From NCBI GenBank assembly GCA_965218095.1, contig OZ244587.1, positions 5,856,001 to 5,920,000 of the forward strand: a DNA stretch of 64,000 nt, read 5' to 3'. This stretch comes from Candidatus Poribacteria bacterium (GTDB lineage Bacteria > Poribacteria > WGA-4E > PCPOR2b). Every line of letters starts with the position of its first letter. Position 1 is the first letter of the stretch. Below the pieces are notes generated by a model. The model worked only from the letters and a program-made list of their open reading frames with translations, made no database searches and was not told where the DNA came from. This document shows positions 1 through 10,429 of the stretch, one piece after another. A program made the position numbers and the translations under genes.

Positions 1-291
1 GCTCTGGAAGATGTAACCCACTCTGTGACAGCGGAACCAGGCAATTTGCGATTGACTAAGTTGGGACATATCTTGATCGTCAATGTAGACCTTGCCTCCG
101 GTTGGAATATCCAGGGCGCCAATCATATTAAAGAGGGTTGATTTCCCCGACCCGGAGGGCCCCATCAATGAGATGTACTCTCCTCTATAGATCTCCAAAT
201 CAATCCCGTCGAGTGCTTTGAGGATATTGGTACCCATGCGATATTCTTTGACGACTTTCTCAGTTTTAACAACAACGTCTTCCATTGACAT
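1..291 (-). CDS. ABC transporter ATP-binding protein (LolD/MacB-like), runs off window start
   Basis: Translated by hand from ATG at 291 (RBS GGAGGAG): MSMEDVVVKTEKVVKEYRMG...LMGPSGSGKSTLFN...VGYIFQS, with a Walker A motif; not in ORF track. Confidence 0.9.
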   Translation of the reverse strand, partial: MSMEDVVVKTEKVVKEYRMGTNILKALDGIDLEIYRGEYISLMGPSGSGKSTLFNMIGALDIPTGGKVYIDDQDMSQLSQSQIAWFRCHRVGYIFQS

Positions 292-297
292 CTCCTC

Positions 298-948
298 CTA
301 AACCTCAGTCCGCATTGCTTCAGCCGGGGGAAGTTTTGCGGCGCGCCACGCTGGAAATGCTGCGCCAATAACCGCCAAAATTATGCCAAGCACGCAACCA
401 AAGAGAATAATCCCTAGCACCGGCAACAATGGAAAATAAAAGAATAGATCCAAACCGTAATCTTTGAGTCCCAGGAAAATAGATCCAAGGCAACCGATTA
501 ACGCCCCAATGAGAGCGCCAGCTAATCCCTGGAACCCCGATTCCAGCAGGAATAGCCTCACAACAAAACGATCCAAAGCCCCGAGACACTTCATGGTACC
601 AATTTCCTGAAAGCGTTCTGTGACTGCCATCAACATGGAATTAGCGATTCCCACGACACAGACAACTAGGGACATGATAATCAGCCATATATCTTTCGTT
701 GTAATCCCTGATGGTTCTTCTTCTTCAAGGCTGGTAATCGGCCGTTGTCTGCTGCTCTCTCGCAGCGCTTCACTGATCTCGCTGTTTACCAAAATTGTGA
801 CGAGAAATGCAATTCCCAATGTGATTCCTGCAGTCGTAATGATAGACCGTCCAAAACGGATCATCAAACTCTGAAAGCTAATCCGCACGGACTCCAGAAA
901 GGGAAGTTCAATCTGCTGCCCAATTGTACCTTGTGTTTGTTGTTCCAA
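298..948 (-). CDS. FtsX-like ABC permease
   Basis: Motif GIANSMLMAVTERFQEIGTMKCLGA...PAWRAAKLPPAEAMR; likely start is TTG at 948 after AGGAGG. Confidence 0.85.
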   Translation of the reverse strand: MEQQTQGTIGQQIELPFLESVRISFQSLMIRFGRSIITTAGITLGIAFLVTILVNSEISEALRESSRQRPITSLEEEEPSGITTKDIWLIIMSLVVCVVGIANSMLMAVTERFQEIGTMKCLGALDRFVVRLFLLESGFQGLAGALIGALIGCLGSIFLGLKDYGLDLFFYFPLLPVLGIILFGCVLGIILAVIGAAFPAWRAAKLPPAEAMRTEV

Positions 949-1266
949 ATTTAGCCCTCCTGATTTGTGAAAATGTGTCGTCATTTTATCATGTTGCGGA
1001 AATAAAGTCAAGCCTTGCATTTGCCAAAATGCACCGATAATGGGGGATGGTACTTTGACTGACACTTTTTTCAAAGTCCTCGCCCCGCACTTCTCCTGTT
1101 CATTGATTCAAGGATTCATTATGTCCTTGAATCCTCCATGTTTCACGTTTTTTTGAGTTGACAGTGGCGGCATTTTTAGTGTATGATGCTTTTTGTTATA
1201 GAGAGTTCACAGTTTGGTTGAGTGAACAGTCGATAATTGACCGTTGGAAAAGGAGATTCTTCCGCC

Positions 1267-4188
1267 ATGAAAAAAATTGCACACGCCAAAGACTGCCGGA
1301 TCTTTTTTCTGATATTGATGATCTGTTCCTGGCTTGTTCCGGTCACTCATGTATGCTCGCAAAGGACGCCGCGAATTAATGTGCTGTTTCCCGCGGGCGG
1401 TCAAGTTGGTACGACGGTTGATGTCTCTATCCAAGGGGCTGACCTCGATGATGCCCACATCCTGATCATTGAAGGAGAACCGGGGATTAGCGGTAATCTT
1501 TTCGCAGAAGGTGGTGAAGTTGATACAACCTATCAGGAGTTGTTCGAGGCGACTTGCACCCAATGCCATGAGTTGCGCTCACCAAGCAGCAGATCGATGA
1601 CCCCTGCGCAATGGGAAGCGACCGTGGATCGGATGATTAGGGAAAAAGGCGCCCCCATTGACCCGGAAGGTCGAGATAAAATCGTATCGTATCTAAAATC
1701 TGCAGCGAGAGCAGGTGGGGGACTCACTGCACGATTGACAATTGCCTCTGATGCTATGGTTGGCGATCGGGAAATTCGTATCGTGGGGAAGCATGGCGCC
1801 TCAACGGCTTGGCCCTTTGAGGTCAGCCAGCAGGTGGAAAAAATCGATACCGAGCCGAACAACACGATCGATGAAGCAACGGAGATTGAGATGCCGTTAC
1901 TCGTAAACGGTGCGATCGCCACCAGTGGTGATGAAGATTATTTCAAGTTTGAGGGTTACGCAGGCGATCGGTGCATTTTTAACGTCAAGGCATATTGGCT
2001 CAACAGTGCCAGCCAACAGTTCTTCAACCCGACAATCTCTCTGCTTGATGCGCAGGGGAAAGAGCTTGCCCGCAGCAATGGTTTCTACAGTCTTGATCCT
2101 CTGATTGATTATGAACTCCAAGCCGATAGCACATATTATCTCCGCATCCGAGATTTGCTTTATCGTGGCAGCCCCGTGGCAGTCTACCGCCTGACAATAG
2201 GGGTTATCCCTTATAACGCCTATATCTTCCCCACAGGTGGGCAGATTGGCACAGTGGTTGAAGGGGTTGTTGGCGGTGAAAACCTCCCCGAAACTTCGTG
2301 GACAATCGATCTCACCAGGGACACAAACCCCGAACTCAAAGAGATTTTCACACCGTACGGCGTTTTTCCGTTTATTGCGAGCAGCACGCCTGAAACTGCA
2401 GAGGTCGAAATGAACGGATTCGAGTATGCAGCCGCGGCTATGGGTGAAAGTGGTGATATTGAAGGCGAGATCCTTTTTCAAACGAAATGCAGCCAATGTC
2501 ATGAACTCCGTTCACCGAACAATCGGGCGCTTTCTGATGAAGAGTGGGCAGCGACCATTACGCGCATGGCGAACAAAGAAAACTCTGATATTTCGTCACC
2601 GGAACGCGATCGAATCATTGCTTTCATACAAGCGGAAGCGAAACGCTTGGGTGAATTGATAGCCCAACGGCTGAGACACGCCCAGGCAATTGACGTTCCC
2701 GGTGCGGTGAGTGGACGCATTTCCACACCCGGTGAGATTGATTATTACAAATTCACGATTCCTGAAGGGAAAACACTTGGGCCCTGGTGGGTCATCCAGC
2801 CATTCGACAATCCTAGTGAAACCGGTTTCGACACAGTCTACCCGCCCGAAACGGAGACAGATCTGAAGAAAGAGTATATCGGTAAAGGCGGGCGGAAGCT
2901 TCGTTAGTATCGATCCAATAGGACGGGCAACAACGTGTTTTCAAATGTCCCTGAAGATGACGTTGTTGGTTACGCGCTGACATACTATGAATCAGATCAG
3001 GATACCATAGAGATTTTGTCACTCGGGTCCGATGACGGCATTAAGGTCTGGGTCAATGATTAGCTAATCTTCAGTAAGCATGTCCATCGGGCGATTGCTC
3101 GTGCGCAAGATGTCATCGCTTTACCCCTTGTCAAAGGCCGTAACAAGATCCTTATCAAGGTTGAAAACGGCTATGGTCCCTGGGGGTTTTTCGCAACGAT
3201 TGGGGGATATTCGTTGGAACTTTCCGCCGATAAGCTCAGTTCACCCTTGAATCCGTCGTTGACCTTGCTAGACGTGGAAGGGAAGGTTCTGGCAAATAAC
3301 GTCGGTATCGGTGGGCGGCGTGATGCCCGGATTGACTATAGTTTTTCCAAGCCAGGCGCATATGCCCTGCGAATCGAGGACATTACCGGCCAGGGTGGCG
3401 CCGGCTACATCTATCGCTTGAGCGTCGCGCCGTCGATCCCTGATTTTGCCATTGATGTGACGCCAGACAATCCAAATATCGGGAGGGGCGGGACGGTTCT
3501 CTTAACCATCGTGGCGCCCCGCCGCGTCGGATTTACCGGGGAAATTGGCATAAAAGTGAAGAACCTGCCTCCTGGCGTGACAGCGAGCTCCGGTGCAATT
3601 TTGCAAGATACGAATCAAGGCTTCATTACGCTCACCGCGGCTCCTGATGCGCCATTAGGATACAGTGTTGTGCAGGTGATTGGCTCGGTGAGGACGACAA
3701 GCGATAAAGTGATTCAACGCGTTGCGACTCCTGTTGAGGCTTATCGCATCCAGAATCAACCGCTGACTGTGCAGCGCTCGAGCATCGTGGTGAGTGTGAC
3801 CGAAGAACCGAGAATCACGCTATCCGTTTCGCCAAAGCACGTTATAATTACACCGGGAAAACGGATCCCGCTGGAAGTCATCGCCCAGCGTCAGCTCGGC
3901 TCACGGCAAGAGCTCACTCTTACTGTTGTTGGATTGCCATCGGGGGTTTGTCCACAGCGCGCAGTTACCATTCTCAAGAGCAATCAGACCAGAACAACGC
4001 TCGTGCTGGAGCCGGTCATCGTTGGCGTTGGAATTACGAGGCGTCAAAATCCCTTCATTGGCCGAGAACTTGACACGCGCCCATACAACATTGTCGTCAA
4101 CGGTTCAGTTGGACAGAGACGAGTCGCTAGCAGCCCTGCCGTGCAGTTATCGATCGGAAAGGATCAGGGAAGGGAAATTGGGGAATGA
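1267..4188 (+). pseudogene. Secreted PPC-domain protein with two c-type cytochrome (CxxCH) inserts and a PA14-like domain, interrupted by two in-frame TAG codons
   Basis: ORFs 1237-2907 and 3214-4188 are in one frame; the gap translates as YRSNRTG...LGSDDGIKVWVND*LIFSKHVHR...NKILIKVENGYGPWGF; TAG at 2905 and 3061; motifs CTQCH, CSQCH, EPNN, DYFKF. Confidence 0.75.
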
Positions 4189-4421
4189 AGGGTAATCAAT
4201 GGAGGCGGGCTCAACAGAAAACAATATCAAAGATCTGCAGCCGTGTTTGCAGATTCATCCCCAGTTGGCAGACGAGTCAACAGGCAACCTGAAAGGGTTT
4301 TTCTCCCGTGCCCACTTTCTTGCTTGCCCAGAAGTTGGGAGATGCCGTTGGCACAACCGGTTTCAACCATACTGACAAATTCCTTGTACGCTCTAGATAA
4401 TCCCAGGTAAGTTTTTTCCTT

Positions 4422-4538
4422 GAACTTATAGCGAGTAAAACGTGCTCTTCTCCCGTCAACCTGAACGAAGTGAAGGATCTCTTGCACTTTAACGAGGAGA
4501 TTCTTAGACTTCCAAGAAACTACCTGTAATGAGTTCAT
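4422..4538. repeat. MITE-like dispersed repeat family 1, copy A
   Basis: Closely similar to 21823-21953; imperfect ~16-bp terminal inverted repeats (TGAACTTATAGCGAGT / ACCTGTAATGAGTTCA). Confidence 0.75.
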
Positions 4539-4799
4539 TTTCAATAACTTGTTCACCGCACGAGGGGGCGAGGGAGTCCGATGGGATCGGACGAGCACGG
4601 AGAAGCGAGGGGGCAAGAACGGGTGATTTAACCCTGTGACTTAATCGTGCCACCGCACCGTTTTTCGGGGTTTTGTGTGGTCGAGAAATTGCCTCGAACC
4701 GCCATCAATGTTGCAAAGTGTAAAAAACATCAGAGCAACTATGTCCGATAACACAAGGGCTGCCACTTTGCCGAATCAGCTTTATTACGAATAGCACTT

Positions 4800-5315
4800 T
4801 CACTTGTTCAACGCCTTTCGCATAATCTGGCCTCGCTGAACGTAGTCCTCCCTCCCAAGCCGTACGCGCTCCAAATCCGCCGGCGTGACCTCCCGCCTTA
4901 TTTGCGCCGGAACCCCCATTGCCAATGCCTCTGATGGGATTTCCTGCCCTTCCCGGACAACGGCGCCGGCAGCAACAATCGCCCGCTCGCCGATTTTTGC
5001 GCCAGTCAAAATAACCGCTCCCATCGAAATCATCGCGCCATCGCCAACTGTGCAGCCGTGCACAATTGCCCCATGACCGATCGTTACGTCGTCTCCGATG
5101 AGGCAGGGAAAACCCGGATCGAGATGCACAATCGCGCCATCCTGAATGTTCGTGCGCTCTCCAACTTCAATCCACTCCAAATCACCGCGCAGAACGCAAT
5201 TGAACCAGATACTCGATTCCTCGCCAACGGTGACATCTCCCATAATCATCGCACCGGGGGCGATGAAGGCGGATAGATGGATCTTTGGTAATATATCTTG
5301 ATAAGCTATCTGCAT
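4800..5315 (-). CDS. Gamma carbonic anhydrase family protein (YrdA-like)
   Basis: Hexapeptide repeats; LRGD, TNIQDG, H..IGHGAIVHGC motifs. Confidence 0.92.
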   Translation of the reverse strand: MQIAYQDILPKIHLSAFIAPGAMIMGDVTVGEESSIWFNCVLRGDLEWIEVGERTNIQDGAIVHLDPGFPCLIGDDVTIGHGAIVHGCTVGDGAMISMGAVILTGAKIGERAIVAAGAVVREGQEIPSEALAMGVPAQIRREVTPADLERVRLGREDYVQRGQIMRKALNK

Positions 5316-5497
5316 TTTTCCTCCAAATCTGATTGATAAGTCATAAATTTTATCATGCTTCGGGGCACTAGACAAGAAAATCTCTGCTTCAAATCATTAT
5401 CCTCCAGCGATGTCAAGTTTACCAATTGACAACAAAAGCCCGCCGTGCTACAATTCCAAACGCCCTATCTTTCAAACCCATCAATCAGGAGAGGAAT

Positions 5498-6247
5498 ATG
5501 CAGCAGTTAGCAAACAAAGTTGCAGTGATTACCGGTGGCTCAACAGGGATCGGTGCGGCATCAGCGATTCTCTACGCGCGAGCGGGGGCAAAGGTCGTCG
5601 TCGGTGATATAAACATCGAAGATGGCGAAAAGACGGTGGCGTCTATCCAATCCGAAGGTGGAGCCGCTAAATTTGTCCATACCGATGTCACTGTGGAACC
5701 CGAAGTCGCGGCTTTGATAAAGACCGCGGACGAAGCATTTGGGCGGCTGAACGTGCTGGTGACATCCGCAGGCATTTTGAGCGGTCCAAGTATCCGAGTC
5801 GATCAATTCGACGAAGCGATGTTTGAGTCAGTGATTGACGTAAATCTCAAAGGCACATTTCTGTCGATTAAGCATGCTGTGCCAATTATGGAACGCAGTG
5901 GTGGCGGCGTCATCCTGTGTATCGCTTCTAGTGCGGGTGTACGTGGGGGTAGTTCATCAGTGGCGTACGGCTCAAGCAAAGGGGGTGTAAATGGGCTGGT
6001 GTTGACTGTCACACCACAACTTGCGCCACTCAATATTCGGGTTCACGCGATCTGTCCCGGCAGCATTGCTACTCCTCTGAAACTCAGGCAAATCGCTAAG
6101 TCTGCTGAACGATCAGGACAATCCCCGGAAGCTGCTGTTGAGAATGCATGCCAATCGTTAGGCGAGCCGGAGGGCGTTGCGCGTGTACTGACGCTCCTAG
6201 CGTCTGATGATGCTTCATATGTTCGGGGCACAATCTCCACGCGGTGA
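5498..6247 (+). CDS. SDR family oxidoreductase
   Basis: TGGSTGIG, YGSSK; ATG at 5498 after AGGAGAGG. Confidence 0.92.
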   Translation: MQQLANKVAVITGGSTGIGAASAILYARAGAKVVVGDINIEDGEKTVASIQSEGGAAKFVHTDVTVEPEVAALIKTADEAFGRLNVLVTSAGILSGPSIRVDQFDEAMFESVIDVNLKGTFLSIKHAVPIMERSGGGVILCIASSAGVRGGSSSVAYGSSKGGVNGLVLTVTPQLAPLNIRVHAICPGSIATPLKLRQIAKSAERSGQSPEAAVENACQSLGEPEGVARVLTLLASDDASYVRGTISTR

Positions 6248-6664
6248 TCGAATTGAAGGTCGATCTCCTCATTGCTTCAATGAATGCGCATACAAAATCT
6301 TGTACAGTGGAATTAGGCGAATGAAGCCGCGTTTGGCTGTCGACAGATGGGGCAATACGTAAGATTCGAACTGTTTGTCAATTGTACCGGTATTTGCTTT
6401 TGCATTTGTTAAAAGTTTCAACCGGTTCTGCAACAAAGTGTGTGCTTATGAACACACACTTCTATTTCCTCCTCTCCCAAATGTGGTTTACTTAACACAC
6501 TTTCCCCTCCCTATCCGCTTCGTTTTACCTCTCCTTTTCTTCTAATCCGTACAAACCCTCTCCTCGTAAGGGATTCATGGTTTTGGCATACTCCTTGCCT
6601 GACAGAGATTAATCTATTGATTTCGTTAAACCAAATAACAATTTGGAGTGAGGAGGACAAAATC

Positions 6665-7408
6665 ATGTTAGTTCGCATGTCATTTACAATAACAATCTCC
6701 ATTTTCCTAGCGGGATTGGTCTGTTGCTTTATGTTTGGCTGTGACGATCAATCAGAAGCATCTCCTGCACACCCTGAAATTCAGATCTTGCAGGTTGGTG
6801 CATTTCACAGTGATGAAGTATCCGCAAAGTCAGGTGAAGTCTGGCTGGGATTGTATCTGACGCAAAATGGATATGAGTTAATCCCTTCAAGGATTACAGT
6901 AGAAGCTGTTTATGATCCGCTAGTTGATGCTGAAGGGGAGAAAACCGGCAAAGTAGTATCGGTAAGAAGCCCAATCGAGCCGATTTTTCTGGTGCAGAGC
7001 TTGGGAATGCTGAAAAGCGGAACCGTCAAGACGCTATTTTCTGAGCAAACAATTTTGGCTCCGGGCAAGTCTCTGAGTTTTACATTTGACAACAAAGCTG
7101 AGTATTATTTGACGGCGTTTGGTGAGGGAAGCATAGATTCGACCGGGTTTACTTCACTTCAAAACTACACAGTTGAGCTATCGCGGGGACAGTTGTCACA
7201 GGTAATTCTTTCATATAGCTCGACAAATGATGCCGTACCAAGTCTCCTTTGGGCTGGGGATTTGGATCGAGACGGTAAATTGGACTTACTTGTTAACGCA
7301 ACCCCTCATTATGTCGTATATTCAGCGTCGACACTGTTTCTTTCGTCCATGGCTGAAGACGGTAAATTATTGCAGAAAGTCGCCATGTTCGTTGCTTCTG
7401 GATGTTAG
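6665..7408 (+). CDS. Putative lipoprotein with FG-GAP-like motif
   Basis: Hydrophobic signal ending MFGC; WAGDLDRDGKLDL. Confidence 0.65.
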   Translation: MLVRMSFTITISIFLAGLVCCFMFGCDDQSEASPAHPEIQILQVGAFHSDEVSAKSGEVWLGLYLTQNGYELIPSRITVEAVYDPLVDAEGEKTGKVVSVRSPIEPIFLVQSLGMLKSGTVKTLFSEQTILAPGKSLSFTFDNKAEYYLTAFGEGSIDSTGFTSLQNYTVELSRGQLSQVILSYSSTNDAVPSLLWAGDLDRDGKLDLLVNATPHYVVYSASTLFLSSMAEDGKLLQKVAMFVASGC

Positions 7409-7916
7409 TTGAACTGAGGAGGAGACTTGAGTGTGTTTCTGTGTAGCAAGATGTAATGGGGGTTTGAATCCCCTGACAGTAACTTGCAACTGTCAGCCTA
7501 ACCTTAACAGCGTCGCTGGAAACGGCGGGGTTGGAAGCAAAGGGACAAGGCGAACACCCTATGGGAATGTAGACCCAAAAATAGGTGTGTCAGGCTAAAG
7601 ACGGCAAGGCTAAAGCGAAAGTTGAACTGATGTTTGAAGCCCCGTTACCTCCAAACGGGTTAATCTACAAAGGGAAGAATTGAGATAACTTCCTAGTATC
7701 AGTCTGTAGACAAGAATGTCAAAGTGGCGTGGGTGACTTTTTTGTAATAAGTCACAATAGGAAGGTGTTTTCAAGTTACGCCTTCTAGCAAGTCGAATGC
7801 CATCGGGGTAAAATCAGAGCCTAAACCGTCTGCGAATGTACATCTTGTAAGAACAGGAAAGTCCCTAAGTTTCTCATTGAGAAATATGGGAGAGGAGATT
7901 CGATAGACTTATCATA

Positions 7917-8852
7917 ACCCAAGTTGCGACCTATTCATCGAATATGTGAGTGAACTCAGAGCTGATTGATACTGCTAGCCAATACAAACAAGACCACTTT
8001 CAATTCAAATCCGTGTTGCGTTACTGCATGGATTGAACGTGGAAGCAGTTTGTTAATCAAACTGCCAGCCGTCTCAACAGACTTACGATGGTAATTAGCC
8101 AAGTAGGTCTCCCATGGTGGATACAGCCGCTTGGAATTCTTCTTGCGTACTGGCTTTAATTCGACTCCGACTGATGTAACAATATCTTCTATCTCATAAT
8201 TATTGTATGCTTTGTCACCATAGCCCGGTGGCAAGTCGAAGTCAAACCACTGTAACCCTTCAACGTCCCCTGTACTGGCTGGGGTCACAAAAAATTCAAC
8301 AGGGTGTCGACTCGCAGTCACTAGCAGATGAACTTTCAAGCCATAGAAATACCGACGTTTGGACGCTTGATAGCCTCGATATGCCTTATCGGTGTAGATT
8401 TTTGACCGACGAATGCGGAACAAACAGCAATTGGTATGGTATCCAGTGCATAGATTTTCTGTTGATTAAGTTGCACATAGCTTCGTCCCAAGATTTTGAA
8501 CAATGTGGTGAACATCGGTTTAATTCGATGAAGTCGTCGGTTGAATCGACTTTTTGAAAGCATCTTGGGTATATAGCCATGAGTCTTTAGAAAGTCACAA
8601 GTGGTTTGCAAGTTTGCCCCGAAGAACAACGCAACGACGATGCCGGTGGTCATCACTTCGGCATCAGACATCTGCGTTTGTGGGTGTGGTTTTGAGTTGA
8701 GTGCTTCTAAGAGCTTGTCACAGAGATAGAAAATGGTTGCAATTTGGATGTCCATGGGTTTCTCCTTTGGTTTCTCCTTTGAGGTATTATGGTTTGGATT
8801 ACCTCTACTTTAACGGAAAACCCATGGATTTTCAATTACTAGCAACTTGGGT
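7917..8852 (-). mobile_element. IS982-family insertion sequence
   Basis: Terminal IRs ACCCAAGTTGC/GCAACTTGGGT; 7-bp TSD TATCATA at 7910-7916 and 8853-8859. Confidence 0.9.
7956..8755 (-). pseudogene. IS982 transposase, frameshifted
   Basis: Two overlapping ORFs (MSDAEVMT...SRFNRR; YFYGLKVHL...GDKAY...RKSVET) with a frameshift near 8420. Confidence 0.85.
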
Positions 8853-9187
8853 TATCATAAGTCAAGCCGAATCAGAGTCATGGTTTTAGAAGGATTCTGA
8901 AATAGGTTTATCGCTACGGAGATAATCAGGGTAACATGAAACCTGTCCACCGAGCGGATTAGACATTATGTCTGAGAATCTAAAGGAATCCGGACAAAGC
9001 GGTTGCAAATAGTGATACAATAACCTGTAAAGGAAGTCTAAGGGCAACGCAACCTATCGCAACCTTAGAACCCTCAAACCATCTACAGTTTAATCGCCAC
9101 TTATGACTGGGCAAGCCGTATGCGGCGAAAGTCGCACGTACGGTTTAGAAGCAGGGAAAATTCCGCGAGAAATCTACCTATGCTTAC

Positions 9188-9408
9188 TGGGGGACAAACG
9201 AAAAGAGAAGCTAGGCCTCAGATTAAGGGCATCGAAAGAATGGGTTGCGTGTTTTGGGACGAACGCAAAATCCTTAATCGAAATCCCGTGGGAAAGGGGG
9301 GTGGAGTTTTCGGCCGCAGAATGTATGGCAATTGCTGCGTCCGCACAGGAATTTCAGCGTGGTGAAAGCTCAGAAGTACGCAACAGCAACTGCGTGATAC
9401 GCCTATAG
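9188..9408 (+). pseudogene. 3' exon: N-terminus of a ferritin-like-domain protein, truncated by IS3 sequence
   Basis: Splicing gives A|TG GGG GAC: MGDKRKEK...EWVACFGTN...IPWERG...AIAASAQEFQRGESSE; IS3 orfB sequence begins at about 9375; family call from motif recall. Confidence 0.55.
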
Positions 9409-9959
9409 CCATATTTCGGATAACGGGCAGATAGTTTTTCGATTTCATCTCGTAGCACTTCGTAGCACTGGTTCTAAGGGGTCGCTTTTAGGTTGATAAT
9501 AGAGACTGCTCCGATTGAAGCCGAGAACCTCACAAATGTGTCGAACCGAGTAATCGGTATGTAAAGCCTCAACTATCTGTCGCTTTTGAGACCGATTCAA
9601 GTCAGCCAAGTCGAGGCTTTTTTTGGATGTCTAATGCCAGGGTCAATCGACCGACGAGTTGCTCCAGTTGAGCAATCCGCTCTTTAGAGTCGTTGGATTG
9701 CTTATCAGTGGATTCAAAGAGAATCGCTGCGTTGTCAAGGAGTTGGTGTTTCCACTTTGATAGTTGTTCTTCGCTGAGGTTATGCTGTCGACAGAGTTGC
9801 GCTTGTGAACTTTGGTTGGTAAGTGCCTCAATAACGACTTCCGCCTTAAATTGGGGTGTGAATCTTCTTCGTTTTGCCATCGGATTCTCCTTTCAATCTG
9901 ACTGTCATTGTATCACAATCTTGGTTTAGACAATGGGCTAAATTTCCGATGGCAGTACA
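9375..9959 (-). mobile_element. IS3-family element, left part (IRL, orfA, 5' of orfB)
   Basis: IRL TGTACTGCCATCGGAAATTTAG on minus strand; orfA HTH; A7G slippery site near 9617-9624; orfB fragment LSARYPKYGYRRITQLL. Confidence 0.85.
9602..9880 (-). CDS. IS3 transposase OrfA
   Basis: MAKRRRFTPQFKAEVV...LSKWK HTH. Confidence 0.88.
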   Translation of the reverse strand: MAKRRRFTPQFKAEVVIEALTNQSSQAQLCRQHNLSEEQLSKWKHQLLDNAAILFESTDKQSNDSKERIAQLEQLVGRLTLALDIQKKPRLG

Positions 9960-10420
9960 GTAATTTAGACCACAAATAAGCAAAGTTAAACCAAGTGTTG
10001 TTGCTCAAATTCACTCGGCGTCAAATACCCTAACGCCGAGTGAGGTCGTTTCTGGTTATAAACTTGTCCAATAAAATGCCCGATTCGCGCTCTGGCATCC
10101 ATTATATCATCGTAGCCATTGAGATACACCTCTTCCTCCTTGAGGGTTCTTATCAGTCTTTCGGCGTAGCCGTTCTCCCACGGACACCCCCGATGGGCTA
10201 AGGAGATGTCAATCCCATGACCGATGAGAGTGGAAATATAAGCTGTCGAAAGATACTCAACTCCCTGGTCGCTAGGGTGAATCTCTGGAATGCTTTGGCT
10301 TAATGCCTGTTGCAACGGTCTCAATGTGAGAGGTTGTGTCAACTGCCGACTCAGTTGCCAGCCTCTTCCCATTCGAGTCAATACATCGATTAACACCGAA
10401 ACATAGATGAATTGCCCCCC
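9960..10420 (-). mobile_element. IS3-family right part (orfB integrase core fragment, clipped IRR)
   Basis: SDQGVEY, ENGYAERLIRTLKEE, YNQKRPHSALGYLTP; inner IRR GTAATTTAGACCA abuts the neighbouring IRL. Confidence 0.85.
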
Positions 10421-10429
10421 CGATAAGAT

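Larger units (their letters stand above)
7431..9187 (+). mobile_element. Group II intron, ORF-less (no RT), interrupted by IS982
   Basis: 5' end GTGTG; domain V AAGCCGTATGCGGCGAAAGTCGCACGTACGGTTT at 9113-9146; domain VI with bulged A and 3' AC; EBS1 TCAAGT (7771-7776) in a stem-loop is complementary to exon ACTTGA (7425-7430). Confidence 0.9.

Noticed and set aside
2905-3063. Genome-wide TAG recoding or pyrrolysine
   Set aside because: TAG ends conserved genes at expected positions (e.g. YyaL-like, rpe, modB). The two TAGs appear to replace different residues, and other genes show ordinary decay.
4227-4616. 129-aa minus-strand ORF (and 21649-21888) sharing RFTRYKF
   Set aside because: The similarity comes from the dispersed repeat, not from a protein family.
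9103-9408. ORF-track 101-aa and 81-aa ORFs starting in 9103-9120
   Set aside because: Their 5' parts are translations of intron domains V-VI; only the part after 9187 is exon.
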